From Verrucomicrobiales bacterium (GTDB lineage Bacteria > Verrucomicrobiota > Verrucomicrobiia > Verrucomicrobiales > SLCJ01), in NCBI GenBank assembly GCA_046075565.1, contig JBJTQJ010000124.1:10953-74952 (forward strand): a stretch of DNA of 64,000 nt, given 5' to 3'. Below the pieces are notes generated by a model. That model searched no databases, was not told where the DNA came from, and worked only from the letters and a program-made list of their open reading frames with translations. A program made the translations under genes and the position numbers. Positions 31,004-43,188 of this stretch are shown piece by piece (the stretch's first letter is position 1; each line of letters opens with the position of its first letter).

Positions 31004-32353
31004 ATGCATCGCATCGTTCATCCGCGTCGCCACTTTCTCAAGACCGCCGCTCTGTCACCATTTGGATTTCTCCTCCCACAGGCTTCGGCTGGAAATGTTC
31101 TTCCTCACATCCCCGATCTTTTCGAGGCGAACTCCCCCGAGGTCTTGGCGTTGGCGGACAGGGTCATGAATCGTTGCGTGCTGGAAAAATTGCGTGCGCC
31201 CTCTCCGCCTTTGAAACGCGAATGGATCGCGCCCGGCGGCCCGCATTACCTCGGCCAATGGATTTGGGACACCATGTTCGTCGTGGATCTGCTCGCTCTC
31301 CTGCTCGGTAGGGAAAAACAAATCAGGGAAATCTTTGCGAACTACTGGGATTTCCAGGATCGATGGAACGCAAATAAACCCGAGCACATGCGCGACATGG
31401 TCACGGTCGCCATCAAGACGGAACCACAGGAAGAACGACAGTTTTCGCAAATTCCTCTTCTCGCATGGGGAGTAGAGAGGGTTTTCCTGCGTAACGGGGA
31501 CAAGGAATTGCTCAACCAGTGCCTGCCGAGACTGGAGCGATTCCACGACTGGTATTGGCGCGAACGCGACCTGCATGACAACGGTCTCATCATCACCGGT
31601 TCCTACAGTGGATTGGAACAACACGCTCGCTGGGAAACCTTCGATTACGAGGTGAACATGGACGGCCTGAAGATGACGAAACACCCTTGGAGGAGCGGTG
31701 CGAACGAGGGTGAATGGTGTGGGAACATCTGTGTGCCTGGGAACAACGCCTACCTCATCCTCGCCGAACGATGCCTAGCCCGGCTCGCCGAAGCCAGCGG
31801 AGATCACGCGATGGCCGAGCGCCGCCAGAAACGCATCGACAAAGGCGTGGCCGGCATGCGATCCCATCTCTGGGATGAAAAAGCCGGAACCTTTCTTTCC
31901 GTTCATCGCGATACTCTCGAGAAAATCCCCGTGGCCACCATTGGAAGTTGGATCCCCTTGCTCGCCGGTGTCCCGACCCAATCCCAGGCTGACCGCATGG
32001 CCGCCACGCTGGCCTCGCCCGCATGGCAGACGCCATTGCCGGTTCCGACGGTTGATCGAACGGATCCTCGTTGGGACCCCAAGGGCTTCTGGCGCGGCGA
32101 TGTCTGGCCCTCCACCAACTATCAAATTGCCACCGGCCTCGCTGCCTACGGCCATCGCGATCTCGCCGCGCTCATTGCCGACAAGACCATCGCCAACGCC
32201 ATGAAAAACGGCCTCTACGAGCGCTTCAACTCGGTGACCGGAGAGGGACTCGGCGTCCCGGACTACAGCATGACGGGCACCTTGGTCACGATGATGCTCG
32301 ACAATCTTTCGCGTGATCATCTGCTCCGGCTGCGCTCGCCCGTTCCAAATTAG
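31004..32353 (+). CDS. Tat-exported (alpha/alpha)6 glycoside hydrolase (MGH1/GH63/trehalase-like)
   Basis: RRHFLK Tat motif, QWIWDT, SQIPLLAW, FWRGDVWPSTNY, GLYERFNSVTGEG. Confidence 0.75.
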   Translation: MHRIVHPRRHFLKTAALSPFGFLLPQASAGNVLPHIPDLFEANSPEVLALADRVMNRCVLEKLRAPSPPLKREWIAPGGPHYLGQWIWDTMFVVDLLALLLGREKQIREIFANYWDFQDRWNANKPEHMRDMVTVAIKTEPQEERQFSQIPLLAWGVERVFLRNGDKELLNQCLPRLERFHDWYWRERDLHDNGLIITGSYSGLEQHARWETFDYEVNMDGLKMTKHPWRSGANEGEWCGNICVPGNNAYLILAERCLARLAEASGDHAMAERRQKRIDKGVAGMRSHLWDEKAGTFLSVHRDTLEKIPVATIGSWIPLLAGVPTQSQADRMAATLASPAWQTPLPVPTVDRTDPRWDPKGFWRGDVWPSTNYQIATGLAAYGHRDLAALIADKTIANAMKNGLYERFNSVTGEGLGVPDYSMTGTLVTMMLDNLSRDHLLRLRSPVPN

Positions 32354-32512
32354 CATTCATTTCTTAAAATGAATCGTTGATTTGCCAGACAGGCTTGAAG
32401 TAGATGCGACGGCGTGTAACCTTTTGGGCATCGCCTTCTTGCCTACCGCGTAGTGGGAAAAGGAGGCGACCTCCGAACCCAAGCCGCCCCCACATCGACA
32501 ACCCTCCCAACC

Positions 32513-35500
32513 ATGGTGTCCCCCCGCATCCACTGGCTGGCCGCGCTCTTTTGCGTTTCGCAAATCGCGGCTCAGACTCCTCCAGCAACCGGCTCAATCA
32601 GCCGGCATGTCTGGACGGGAATCTCGGGCACATCTGTTACAGATCTCACGAGCCGCTCGAGCTATCCGAATAGTCCCAACTCCACCGGCACCCGCACCAG
32701 TTTCCAAGGTCCGACGAATACCGCTGACAACTATGGTTCCAGGATGTTCGGATGGATCCATCCGGTCGTAACTGGAAATCATGTTTTCGCCTTGCATGCC
32801 GACGACAACGCAGAACTTTGGCTCAGCACCACCGAGTCTCCGGACCAGCGCCAACGCATTGCCCGGGTGCCTGAATGGACCGATGCAGGTGACTATGGCA
32901 AGTTTCCAGAGCAAGTTTCCGCGGCAATCCCACTGCAAGCGGGAAAATTCTACTTCATCGAGGCTTTGCAAAAAGAGGGTGGGGGTGGAGACAATCTCGG
33001 GGTCGCATGGTCTTACACCGGACAGTCCCGGGTGATTGTGCCCGGATCCAGGCTCAGTCCATGGCAGAATCTCTCTCCGATGGCCCGTGCGGATGCTGCC
33101 GTTGTGAACCGGGGAGGCGTCGTAGGAGTGAACGTTCTCGTGAATGATTCCGATCCGAATGGTTTTTCGGATTTGAATTTATCCAGCCTAGCAATTGTCT
33201 GGCCTCCTGCCTCCGGCACCACGTCCCTTGATCTGGTGAATGGCCGAGTCATCTACACCCATGGGGGAGGGCCCGGCAGCACCGACACCTTCACCTACCG
33301 GGTGCGCGATGCGGCCAGTCTCCAGTCCACCGCCACCGTCACCATTGATATTCGTGATGAGGTGCGGCTGCCTCTGGCGACGGCGAATCTTCCCTCCCAA
33401 CCACCCGCCACATCGCTGGGCATCATTGATGCGTTTCCGGGTCAGACATTCGCTTCACCCGTCGGCCTGGCCACTCCGCCGGGTGAAACGGATCGTCTTT
33501 TCGTTTTGGAAAAGGGGGGCAACATCGAGTTGTTGGGTGGTGTAGCCGGTGGCACCATCACACGCTCGGTTTTCCTCGACCTTGATACCCTCGTCAATTC
33601 GCGGACCAGCTCTCCCGCCGAGGTTTTCCAGACCGGGAGCGAGCAGGGGCTGCTCGGCCTCGCTTTTCACCCCGATTATGCGGTCAACCGGAGGTTTTTT
33701 GTGGTCTACTCACTTACCGTGGGAGGCACCCGCGTGCAGCGATTGTCCGAATTCCGCGCCTCGTCCTCCAATACCCATGTCGCGGATACCACTTCGGAGC
33801 GTGTCTTCATCCAGCAGTTCAAGGAAGCTGGGAATCACAATGGCGGCGATCTGCATTTCGGTCCCGACGGCTATCTCTATATGAGTTGGGGAGATGAGGG
33901 AAATGCCAACGACACTCTGAACAATAGCCAGATCATCACCAAAGATTTCTGGTCTTCCATCACGCGCATCGATGTTGATCTGGAGGCCCAGGATTACACC
34001 GCATCGGATGGCACGGGAGGAGATGATGCGAACCTTCGCCCGAACAACCATGCCGCCATTGTTCTCCAGGGAGGAAATCCCCGCTACGAAGTCCCGGCCG
34101 ACAACCCATGGGTGGGTGCGACGAGTTTTCTCGGCAGCGCTGTCACTTCCACGAATGTGCGCACGGAGTTCTGGGCTGTCGGGCTGCGAAACCCATGGCG
34201 CATGAGTTTTGATCCGCTGACCGGCCAACTTTGGTGTGCGGATGTAGGACAGGATGCCCGCGAGGAAGTGAATCGGATCGTAAAGGGCGGGAACTACGAA
34301 TGGGCATTTCGCGAAGGAACCCTCACCGGAGTCAAGTGGGGAGACCGTCCGTCCGGATGGACCGGCTCGCATCCGCCGGTTTATGACTACAGCCACGGCA
34401 GTGGGGCGATGCAGGGGAATTCCGTGAGCGGTGGCATCGTCTACCGAGGCACACGTATTCCCTCACTAGATGGGAAATACCTGTTCGCCGACTATGTTTC
34501 CGCCAACGTGTGGTCGCTCGATCCTTCGGTGACGCCCGCCGTGGTGACAAGAATCGGCGGGGAAGGAGCGATTGTCGCTTTTGGACGGGATCCTTCCAAT
34601 GGAGACCCCCTCCTCGTGGACCATGATGGATACATCCGCCGATTGGTGCAGCAGGTAGAAACCACCGGCTTTCCACCTACGTTGGCCGCCACCGGACTAT
34701 TCGCTGATCCAGTGGCGCTGTCCCCGAATCCCGGATTACACGCTTACGAGATCAATTTGCCCTTCTGGTCTGATCACGCCCGCAAACGCCGCTGGTTCGG
34801 CCAGACTTCCCTAACAACTCCAATTACCTTCGCCCGCGAGGGAGCTTGGAACCCTCCGCCCGGCACGATCTGGGTCAAACACTTTGACTTGGAAACCACC
34901 CGCGGCCAACCCGCGACGGCACGGCGTTTGGAGACGCGCGTGCTCGTGCGCACGGCCTCCGGAGCCTATGGCGTCTCCTACAAATGGAATGCCGCCGGCA
35001 CGTCCGCAACGCTGGCGGACACGGCGGGGGAAGAGATACCGATCACGATTACGGAAAATGGACAGAGTTTTGTCCAAACATGGCGTATCCCCTCGATGGC
35101 CGAGTGTATGGTCTGCCATTCCCCGCAGGCCGGGCATGCGCTCTCTTTCCGCACCCGCCAGCTCAACCGCGAAGGATCTATGGGCGGAGTGCAGGGGAAT
35201 TTCCTTTCCCGCTTGTTCGAAGCCGGTTATTTGACCGGTCCGTTTACCGCGCCTTCCGAGTTGCCGCGCCATGCCGCGTCGCACGAGACCGCCTATTCGC
35301 TCGAGACAAGAGCGCGGTCCTACCTGGATGTAAACTGTGCTTACTGCCACAACCAGAACGGAACAGTGCCGGCAGCTTGGGACGCCAGCGCCGCACTCAA
35401 ATTATTCCAGACCGGGTTGGTCAATGCGCCTGCCGGGGGTGGGACCCAACATCCTGATGATCGATTGCTCGTGCCGGGCCAAGAAGAGCGATCGATCATC

Positions 35501-35983
35501 GTGCACCGGGCGGCCGCCCGCTCCGGCTACACCCGGATGCCACCGCTTGGCTCAAATGTCACGGATCAAGCTGGTGTCCAATTACTAATCGATTGGATCG
35601 AAAATGAACTTCCCGGAAGGGAGTCGGAGGCGCAGTGGCGGACACGGATTTTCGGATCATCCCCGCAAGGTGCCCCCAACGAAGATCCGGATGGCGACGG
35701 CCGATCCAATCGTCTCGAATTCCTCGCGCTTACCAACCCTCTGGTCAACGACCGGGCGCCCACTCTCGGTATCGAGCGTCGGCCCTCCGGTTGGTGGCTG
35801 GATCACGTTGCCCGGCCAGGGCGTTCCGCCGTTTTCGAATCATCCACGGATCTGCGCAACTGGTCGCGGATCCAGCATCCGGCAAACAACGGGTTGCCCC
35901 GCTCGCCGGGCCCACCGTGGGGATTCGAAGTTCCCCACACGGGCGGAAGCGAGTTCTTCCGGACCCGGACGACGGAAGAGTGA
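32513..35983 (+). CDS. Secreted multidomain protein: PA14, Ig/cadherin-like, PQQ-dependent glucose/sorbosone dehydrogenase, c-type cytochrome and C-terminal DPDGDG module
   Basis: ADDNAELWLS...KEGGGGDNL (PA14), VLVNDSDPNG/DTFTYRVRD, GLLGLAFHP, HNGGDLHFGPDGYLY, GLRNPWR, CMVCH and CAYCH. Confidence 0.85.
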   Translation: MVSPRIHWLAALFCVSQIAAQTPPATGSISRHVWTGISGTSVTDLTSRSSYPNSPNSTGTRTSFQGPTNTADNYGSRMFGWIHPVVTGNHVFALHADDNAELWLSTTESPDQRQRIARVPEWTDAGDYGKFPEQVSAAIPLQAGKFYFIEALQKEGGGGDNLGVAWSYTGQSRVIVPGSRLSPWQNLSPMARADAAVVNRGGVVGVNVLVNDSDPNGFSDLNLSSLAIVWPPASGTTSLDLVNGRVIYTHGGGPGSTDTFTYRVRDAASLQSTATVTIDIRDEVRLPLATANLPSQPPATSLGIIDAFPGQTFASPVGLATPPGETDRLFVLEKGGNIELLGGVAGGTITRSVFLDLDTLVNSRTSSPAEVFQTGSEQGLLGLAFHPDYAVNRRFFVVYSLTVGGTRVQRLSEFRASSSNTHVADTTSERVFIQQFKEAGNHNGGDLHFGPDGYLYMSWGDEGNANDTLNNSQIITKDFWSSITRIDVDLEAQDYTASDGTGGDDANLRPNNHAAIVLQGGNPRYEVPADNPWVGATSFLGSAVTSTNVRTEFWAVGLRNPWRMSFDPLTGQLWCADVGQDAREEVNRIVKGGNYEWAFREGTLTGVKWGDRPSGWTGSHPPVYDYSHGSGAMQGNSVSGGIVYRGTRIPSLDGKYLFADYVSANVWSLDPSVTPAVVTRIGGEGAIVAFGRDPSNGDPLLVDHDGYIRRLVQQVETTGFPPTLAATGLFADPVALSPNPGLHAYEINLPFWSDHARKRRWFGQTSLTTPITFAREGAWNPPPGTIWVKHFDLETTRGQPATARRLETRVLVRTASGAYGVSYKWNAAGTSATLADTAGEEIPITITENGQSFVQTWRIPSMAECMVCHSPQAGHALSFRTRQLNREGSMGGVQGNFLSRLFEAGYLTGPFTAPSELPRHAASHETAYSLETRARSYLDVNCAYCHNQNGTVPAAWDASAALKLFQTGLVNAPAGGGTQHPDDRLLVPGQEERSIIVHRAAARSGYTRMPPLGSNVTDQAGVQLLIDWIENELPGRESEAQWRTRIFGSSPQGAPNEDPDGDGRSNRLEFLALTNPLVNDRAPTLGIERRPSGWWLDHVARPGRSAVFESSTDLRNWSRIQHPANNGLPRSPGPPWGFEVPHTGGSEFFRTRTTEE

Positions 35984-35985
35984 AA

Positions 35986-38141
35986 TCAGAACTTCCACTC
36001 CGCGCTAATCGTGACCCCACGGCCGGTCGAGTTCACGCCGGATCCATGCACGCGGTAGTCTTCGTCGGTGAAGTTTTCCAATGCCGCCACAACGTTAAAG
36101 CCGGGAAGGACTTCAACACCGCCGCGGATGGTGCCAATGCAATAGCCCGGTGTGCCACCGGGTGGGATTCGCTGCGTGTCGGCCATGTCGCGTGTGGTGA
36201 GTTCATCGGCTTCGGCGGATCCACGCGCGAGGATTTCCGCCCACCAGCGGCCATCACGTGATTCGTGCCGCAAGCCGATTTCGGCGCTCAGTGGGAGCAA
36301 ACGGCTCACGGGTTCGGTGATCACGGGGCCACCGACGCGGTTCGGTGCTTCCGTTTCACCATCTTGCCATGCCACCCATCCAAAAAGCTTCCATCCGGGC
36401 GTGAATTCCCAGCGACCTTCGGCTTCGATCCCTTGGATATATCCATCGGAAGCGTTCACTTTGGTGATCTCGTTCAGGCCGTCGATGACGCGGCCGGTGC
36501 GGATGCCGATGACCTGACCGTCCATGCGGGTGTGGAAATAGGCCAAGGAGGCCTCGACCGTTTCACTCCGATGGCGGAGTCCGATCTCGGTGAGCAGGAA
36601 TTGTTCGGAATCGAGCCCCGGGGAAGGGGTTTCGATTTCATCGCTTCGCGCGCCATCGAGGCGGGAAAGATCGCTCAGATTGGGTGCGCGGAAGCCGGTT
36701 GATACGCCGCCAAATAGCGACCATGTGCGCTCCTGGTCGAGATAGTATACGGCACGACCGCTCCCGGAAAGATTCGCTCAGTCATCTTCGAATGATCTGG
36801 ATTTTCCTGACTCCGGGTCGAGCATGCGGCCGATATCCGCGCGGGCATAGTCCACGCGTCCACCCAACCAGATTTCCAGGCGATCGGTGGCATCGATGCG
36901 ATCCTGCAGGAAAATGCTGCCGAGGTCGTAGGTCGCGTCATCCCCGACCGGTCCCTGGATGCCTTGCGCACTGAACGAACCATCGGCTTTGAAATCGGAA
37001 CGCGAGCTTTCAACCACATCGTGATACCAATTCACCCCGTAGGTGAGATAGCCGATGGGGGTCTCGGAACCCAGTTGCACGGTCGCCCCATAGGTATCGA
37101 CCACCACTTCGGACAAGTTACGGCGCCCGTCGCTACGAATGCGATCCTCCACCTCACCCTGACGGTGATGACTGAGGCTGACGATGTAGGAATCCGCCCA
37201 TCCTTCGGTGGTGCCCTCGAGTTGGGCATAGGTCAGCCAACGATCCTGATCGAAATCGCGTTTTTTATCGGTGCCAATTGTTGTCCCGGACCATGAAACG
37301 GCATCCACGGTGGCGTGGGTGCGCGGAGCATCATCCTGGTGCAATTGCTGGTGGAACAAGGTGAGACGCGAGGTCGGAGAAAGCATGGCCTCGAATTTGG
37401 CATCCGCCGACCACTCATCGTAAGCGGTGTTGGGAAGTTTTCCGAGTCCGGCGGCCTCCATATCTCCGAACGACTTCAAACTCGCACCGATGATGACGCC
37501 GAATCGGTCTTTTTCGCTATAAGTGGTTTCCAACCGGCCCATGAGGCTGTTCTCAGCGGAAGACCATCGGGTAGCGGCGCGGCCGCCGATAGAGTGCTGA
37601 CTTTGGAGGTATCCGCTTGATAAGTCGGCCGCAAGGTCAGCGCGTTGAGCGTGCCCCCGATGGCATCACTCCCGTAGAGCACGGAGCCCTGGCCTTTGAC
37701 AAGTTCGATGCCTGCCAATCCGTAGGGATCAATCGTCCCCCAATACTGGTTCGGTCCTTCGCGGAAAACCGAATTGTTCAGGCGAATGCCGTCGATGAGC
37801 GCGAGGTTGCGGTAGCCGGTGAATCCGCGCACGAAGGGCGAGCCCTGTGCAGGACCCGTGCGCTGGACGAGGATTCCGGGGGTCTCCAACAGTGCTTCCG
37901 GCAGGGTGCGGGCCTGTGTTTCCAGGAATTTTTCGGCATCCAAGGCAACGACGGAATTCGGTTGCTCGAGGATCGAGCGCATTTCCCGCGTCGCGGTCAC
38001 GACGACCGGGGGGAGCGTCTTCACTTCGGGTGCATTCGCGACGGGCTTTGCGTCTTGGGCTTGGCTTCAGGAGGCGGTGCCGCCAGCGGCGAGAAGGCAG
38101 GCGGCGAGATGAAACGGGCGAGATATCTTTGACTTGGACAT
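35986..38141 (-). pseudogene. TonB-dependent receptor with two in-frame TGA codons (38067-38069, 36778-36780) and a frameshift (~37590-37600)
   Basis: Signal peptide, VVVTATR, plug motifs GSPFVRGF and IELVKGQGSVLYGSDAIGG, GFRAPNL, LENFTDEDY, C-terminal EWKF; the pieces join once the lesions are repaired. Confidence 0.85.
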
Positions 38142-38226
38142 GTTGAGGCCGGTGTTCTTGCGATACCGGGCGGAACCGGCACAGGGTGGAAACGCCCTGC
38201 CCCCCGGATTGGTTCACTCGAAAGAA

Positions 38227-39738
<1,512 letters not shown>

Positions 39739-39743
39739 TCAAA

Positions 39744-40169
39744 TCACGCCGCGGTAGTCACCGAGTTCGGGGTGACCCCGAGGGCGTCCCAGTAGTCGGC
39801 TCCGTAATCGAAGAAGATTTCGTCGCCAGGGTGGATCTCGCGCAGGGCATTGAAGCGGGCGGTTTTCCAGCGGGTGGAGACAATCAATTCGGCATTGGGG
39901 TTTCCGCCGTCATGGTTGATGAAGCGGGTGTAGTTGGCGAGCTCTCCTTCGCCATAGACCCAATGGTTCTTGCAAATGTAGAGCAGGTAGAGCGAATCAA
40001 GATAGGGTTTGCGGTCGGCCTGCTTGTCGGTGATGACTTTGCCGGTGTAATACCCGAGGGTATCACCGGGTTTGATGCTAACAAGCGAGAAGAGTCCCAT
40101 CCCGGCTCCGGGCACGGGGGAGGGGCGGACTTCAAAATGCTGTTCAAGGAAGACGCGGGAGCGAGGCAT
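39744..40169 (-). CDS. SET domain protein (putative protein-lysine methyltransferase)
   Basis: GAGMGLF, YTG, RFINH, EIFFDYG..YW. Confidence 0.85.
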   Translation of the reverse strand: MPRSRVFLEQHFEVRPSPVPGAGMGLFSLVSIKPGDTLGYYTGKVITDKQADRKPYLDSLYLLYICKNHWVYGEGELANYTRFINHDGGNPNAELIVSTRWKTARFNALREIHPGDEIFFDYGADYWDALGVTPNSVTTAA

Positions 40170-40218
40170 AGAAAAAAAGCCGAGAACGCAGGAATTGTGC
40201 CGCCGGCGGGAAAATTTT

Positions 40219-41790
40219 TCAGGCCAGTGTGAAGGTGTCGGTGGCGGGATTCGCGCCGGCGACGCGGGTAAGACCAAGATCGTTGGCGGAGGCGTGCAAG
40301 AGGGCGTGGAAAACATCTTCGGCTTCGGCACCGATGGCGGCGGCCACCGAGTCCGCGGTTTGTGCTTGGCCAGGGTTGGCAGCGAGGTGGGTGCGCACTT
40401 TGCCGAGCAAGTCGAGGAAACCGGCGGCGGCTTTTTTCCCCGCTTCAACGCCGGGCTGGTGGTAGGCGTTGATATTGATGAGGCTCGCGTAGAAAGAGAC
40501 GGCGCGTTCGAAAGCGGCAATGAGGGTTCCGAGATAGAAGGCATCCACCCGTGGCACACTGAGGGTCAGGCTCTCGCGTCCCGAGCCGGCAAGAGCGGCG
40601 CGGGTGCCGCGCAGGAAACCTTGGAGGAAATCCGCGGAAGTGGCGCCGGGTTCGACTTCAAGGGGCGAATCGACCCCGCTTTCCCTGACCTCGATGAAGG
40701 TGGCGAAGAAGTTGTTCACGCCGTCGCGCAGTTGTTGCACATAGGCGTGCTGGTCGGTCGAACCTTTGTTGCCATAGACGGCGATGCCCTGATTGACGAC
40801 CCTGCCCTCGAGGTCTTTTTCCTTGCCGAGGCTTTCCATCACGAGTTGCTGGAGGTATTTGGCGAAAAGCATGAGGCTGTCCTTGTAGGGCAGCACGACC
40901 ATGTCCTTTTTGCCTTTGCCACATCCAGCGTGATACCACATGATGGCGAGCAGCAGGGAGAGGTTTTCCTTGGGATCCGTGGCCCTGGTCTTTTGGTCCA
41001 TGGCGCGCGCGCCGGCGAGGAAAGCATCCAATTCGACGCCCTGGAGCGCGGCGGGCACGAGACCAACGACACTCATGACCGAAGTCCGGCCGCCGACCCA
41101 ATCGGCCATGGGGAAACGCTTGATCCAGCCTTGGGCCACGGCATGGCGATCCAGTTTCGAATCGGGTCCGGTGATGGCGACGGCGTGGAGCGGAAAGGAT
41201 AGCCCGGCGGCGGTGAAAACGGCTTCCGCTTCGACCATGCCGTTGCGGGTCTCGGGGGTGCCGCCGCTTTTGGAAATGACCAGCGCGAGGGTGGTGGCGA
41301 GTTCGGGCGCGAGGCTGGCGAGGGTCTTGGCGATGCCGGCCGGATCGGTATTGTCGAGGAAGGCAATCTTCATCGGCGAGGCGGGACCGGCGAGGGCATC
41401 CGCGACCAGTTGCGGTCCGAGCGCCGATCCCCCGATGCCAATCACCAGCACGGTGGTGAATTTTTTCCCGCCCGGCGCGGTGATTTTCCCGGCATGGATT
41501 TCAGCGGCGAAGGACTTCACATCGTGCAGGTCGCGTTCGATCTCCGCGGCGAGTTCGGCGGGCGCGAGTTTGCTGTCGCGCAACCAGTAATGACCGACCA
41601 TACGGCCTTCATCAGGATTGGCGATGGCTCCGCTCTCGAGCGCGTTCATGTCGGCGAGCGCGCGATCGACATGGCCTTGCATCGAAGCGATGAAATTCTC
41701 CCCGTATCCCATGCGGGAGGTGTCGAGCGAGATGCCGAGATCTTCGTAACGGAGAAGGTGGGAACAGTAGCGGGACCAGTGCGAAGCCAT
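40219..41790 (-). CDS. pgi: Glucose-6-phosphate isomerase
   Basis: [54 protein letters not shown]. Confidence 0.95.
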   Translation of the reverse strand: MASHWSRYCSHLLRYEDLGISLDTSRMGYGENFIASMQGHVDRALADMNALESGAIANPDEGRMVGHYWLRDSKLAPAELAAEIERDLHDVKSFAAEIHAGKITAPGGKKFTTVLVIGIGGSALGPQLVADALAGPASPMKIAFLDNTDPAGIAKTLASLAPELATTLALVISKSGGTPETRNGMVEAEAVFTAAGLSFPLHAVAITGPDSKLDRHAVAQGWIKRFPMADWVGGRTSVMSVVGLVPAALQGVELDAFLAGARAMDQKTRATDPKENLSLLLAIMWYHAGCGKGKKDMVVLPYKDSLMLFAKYLQQLVMESLGKEKDLEGRVVNQGIAVYGNKGSTDQHAYVQQLRDGVNNFFATFIEVRESGVDSPLEVEPGATSADFLQGFLRGTRAALAGSGRESLTLSVPRVDAFYLGTLIAAFERAVSFYASLININAYHQPGVEAGKKAAAGFLDLLGKVRTHLAANPGQAQTADSVAAAIGAEAEDVFHALLHASANDLGLTRVAGANPATDTFTLA

Positions 41791-41869
41791 GACGGGGAAC
41801 TAGGCGCAAAATTGAGTCGGTTGCAAGCGGAGTGATCGATGGACGGGATGGAAAAGGGATGGCGGGGCA

Positions 41870-42274
41870 ATGACGAAATACCCGAATACCTCAACATTGA
41901 CCAAACCCAAGTGCCCGGCAAGCGACTCAGAGTCCGGCAGATCATGCGGCACATCAGACATCGACCTTTACGACGACGGGGAGATCATTGAGTTGGTCAT
42001 GTATTCTTCGCCGCCGCGCACCATACACTTGATACTACCGAAGCATGGGAATTGATTGGAAGCCATGCCCTACCCGGAGCAACTGGTAAATCCAATGATA
42101 AAGTATTAGTCAGAACCCGCCTGCCGAAAAGTCGGCGAGAAAATCCTCATCAAATTCAAGCGGCTGGATGAGTCTGGCATAGTGATCGGCAAGGAAGCCT
42201 TGCTCGTTGGCCCGGGCCCAGATGGCAAATGGAAATGGGTGATTCAGGCGTCTCAGTCGAGCCGCAACACGTAA
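41870..42274 (+). pseudogene. Probable decayed hypothetical gene (TGA 42053-42055, TAG 42107-42109)
   Basis: A single frame stays protein-like across two stops: ...DIDLYDDGEIIELVMY...HGN*LEAMPYPEQLVNPMIKY*SEPACRKVGEKILIKFKRLDESGIVIGKEALLVGPGPDGKWKWVIQ... Confidence 0.4.
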
Positions 42275-42404
42275 GCTACCACCTTTTTCATGCCCTCTGG
42301 TCGGGTCAGAACGCGGTCCCACTGGATGTCCTCCAAAAGCAATTTTTAGCAAAAATGGCGGAAATGAAGATCAAGGATTGTCTCCGGGCCGGAAATTGGG
42401 TAGA

Positions 42405-42650
42405 ATGCCGGAGATGGATAAGGCCGACTATCCGACCCTGGACCCGAAACTATTGGAAAATCCGGTTTTCCAAGCGCTGGTGGCCGAGGGATTGGCCATT
42501 CAGGACCGTTTTGCCGCCGAGCCAGTTTACGCTCGCACCGGCAAAGGTTATCTAAAAAGCGTCGGCGTTTCCGAGATGGAGAGGGTCAAGGGTGGGACAC
42601 AGTCTCCTCCACGAAACCAACCAAACAAGGGCCGGAGAACTGATGGATGA
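42405..42650 (+). CDS. Small hypothetical protein, candidate antitoxin
   Basis: 81 aa; ATGA overlap with the downstream Fic-like gene. Confidence 0.5.
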   Translation: MPEMDKADYPTLDPKLLENPVFQALVAEGLAIQDRFAAEPVYARTGKGYLKSVGVSEMERVKGGTQSPPRNQPNKGRRTDG

Positions 42651-43051
42651 CGTTGCAACGCCCATGGCTCCGCGAATTCACTTGGGAGATGGTGACTGCC
42701 CAGAATCAGGTGCTGTGCCAGGCAAGGAACGCGTTGCACAAGCCGGCTCCGGACGGCCATGAAACCACCCGGCAACTCTGGGAATCCCAGCATCTGAAAT
42801 CCATGGGACTGGCTGAGGCGGTCCAGCTCTGCCGAAAGTATCACAGGCTCGCGCCTTTCTGCTTCTACAATGGAAATACCTTTGCCTCCATTATCCTCTT
42901 GGTGATCAGGCGGCTGGAACTTCCCCCGATGTAGGCTGCCGCAGTCCGCAGCTTGGCCGGACACATCGTGGCTGGCGTCGCGACGGCGGAGGAAGAAGAG
43001 GCTTTTCGAAAATTTTGCGCAGGAATGGATGCCGGGGACATTGTCCCGTGA
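42647..43051 (+). pseudogene. Divergent Fic/Doc-like protein with an in-frame TAG at 42932-42934
   Basis: HRLAPFCFYNGNTF resembles the Fic HPFxDGNGR loop; the frame continues AAAVRSLAGHIVAGVATAEEEEAFRKFC... after the TAG. Confidence 0.55.
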
Positions 43052-43188
43052 CGCCGGCCTCAAGGGCTTTTGTGAGCTTGCCATGCCGCCCAAACGGTTT
43101 ACGCGGTTTTACGTTGGCATTGGGGTCAATGCGATCTTCCTGTTCCGAGGACCGGGGAACCTCCGTTTCATGTGGTGGATGATTCCTT

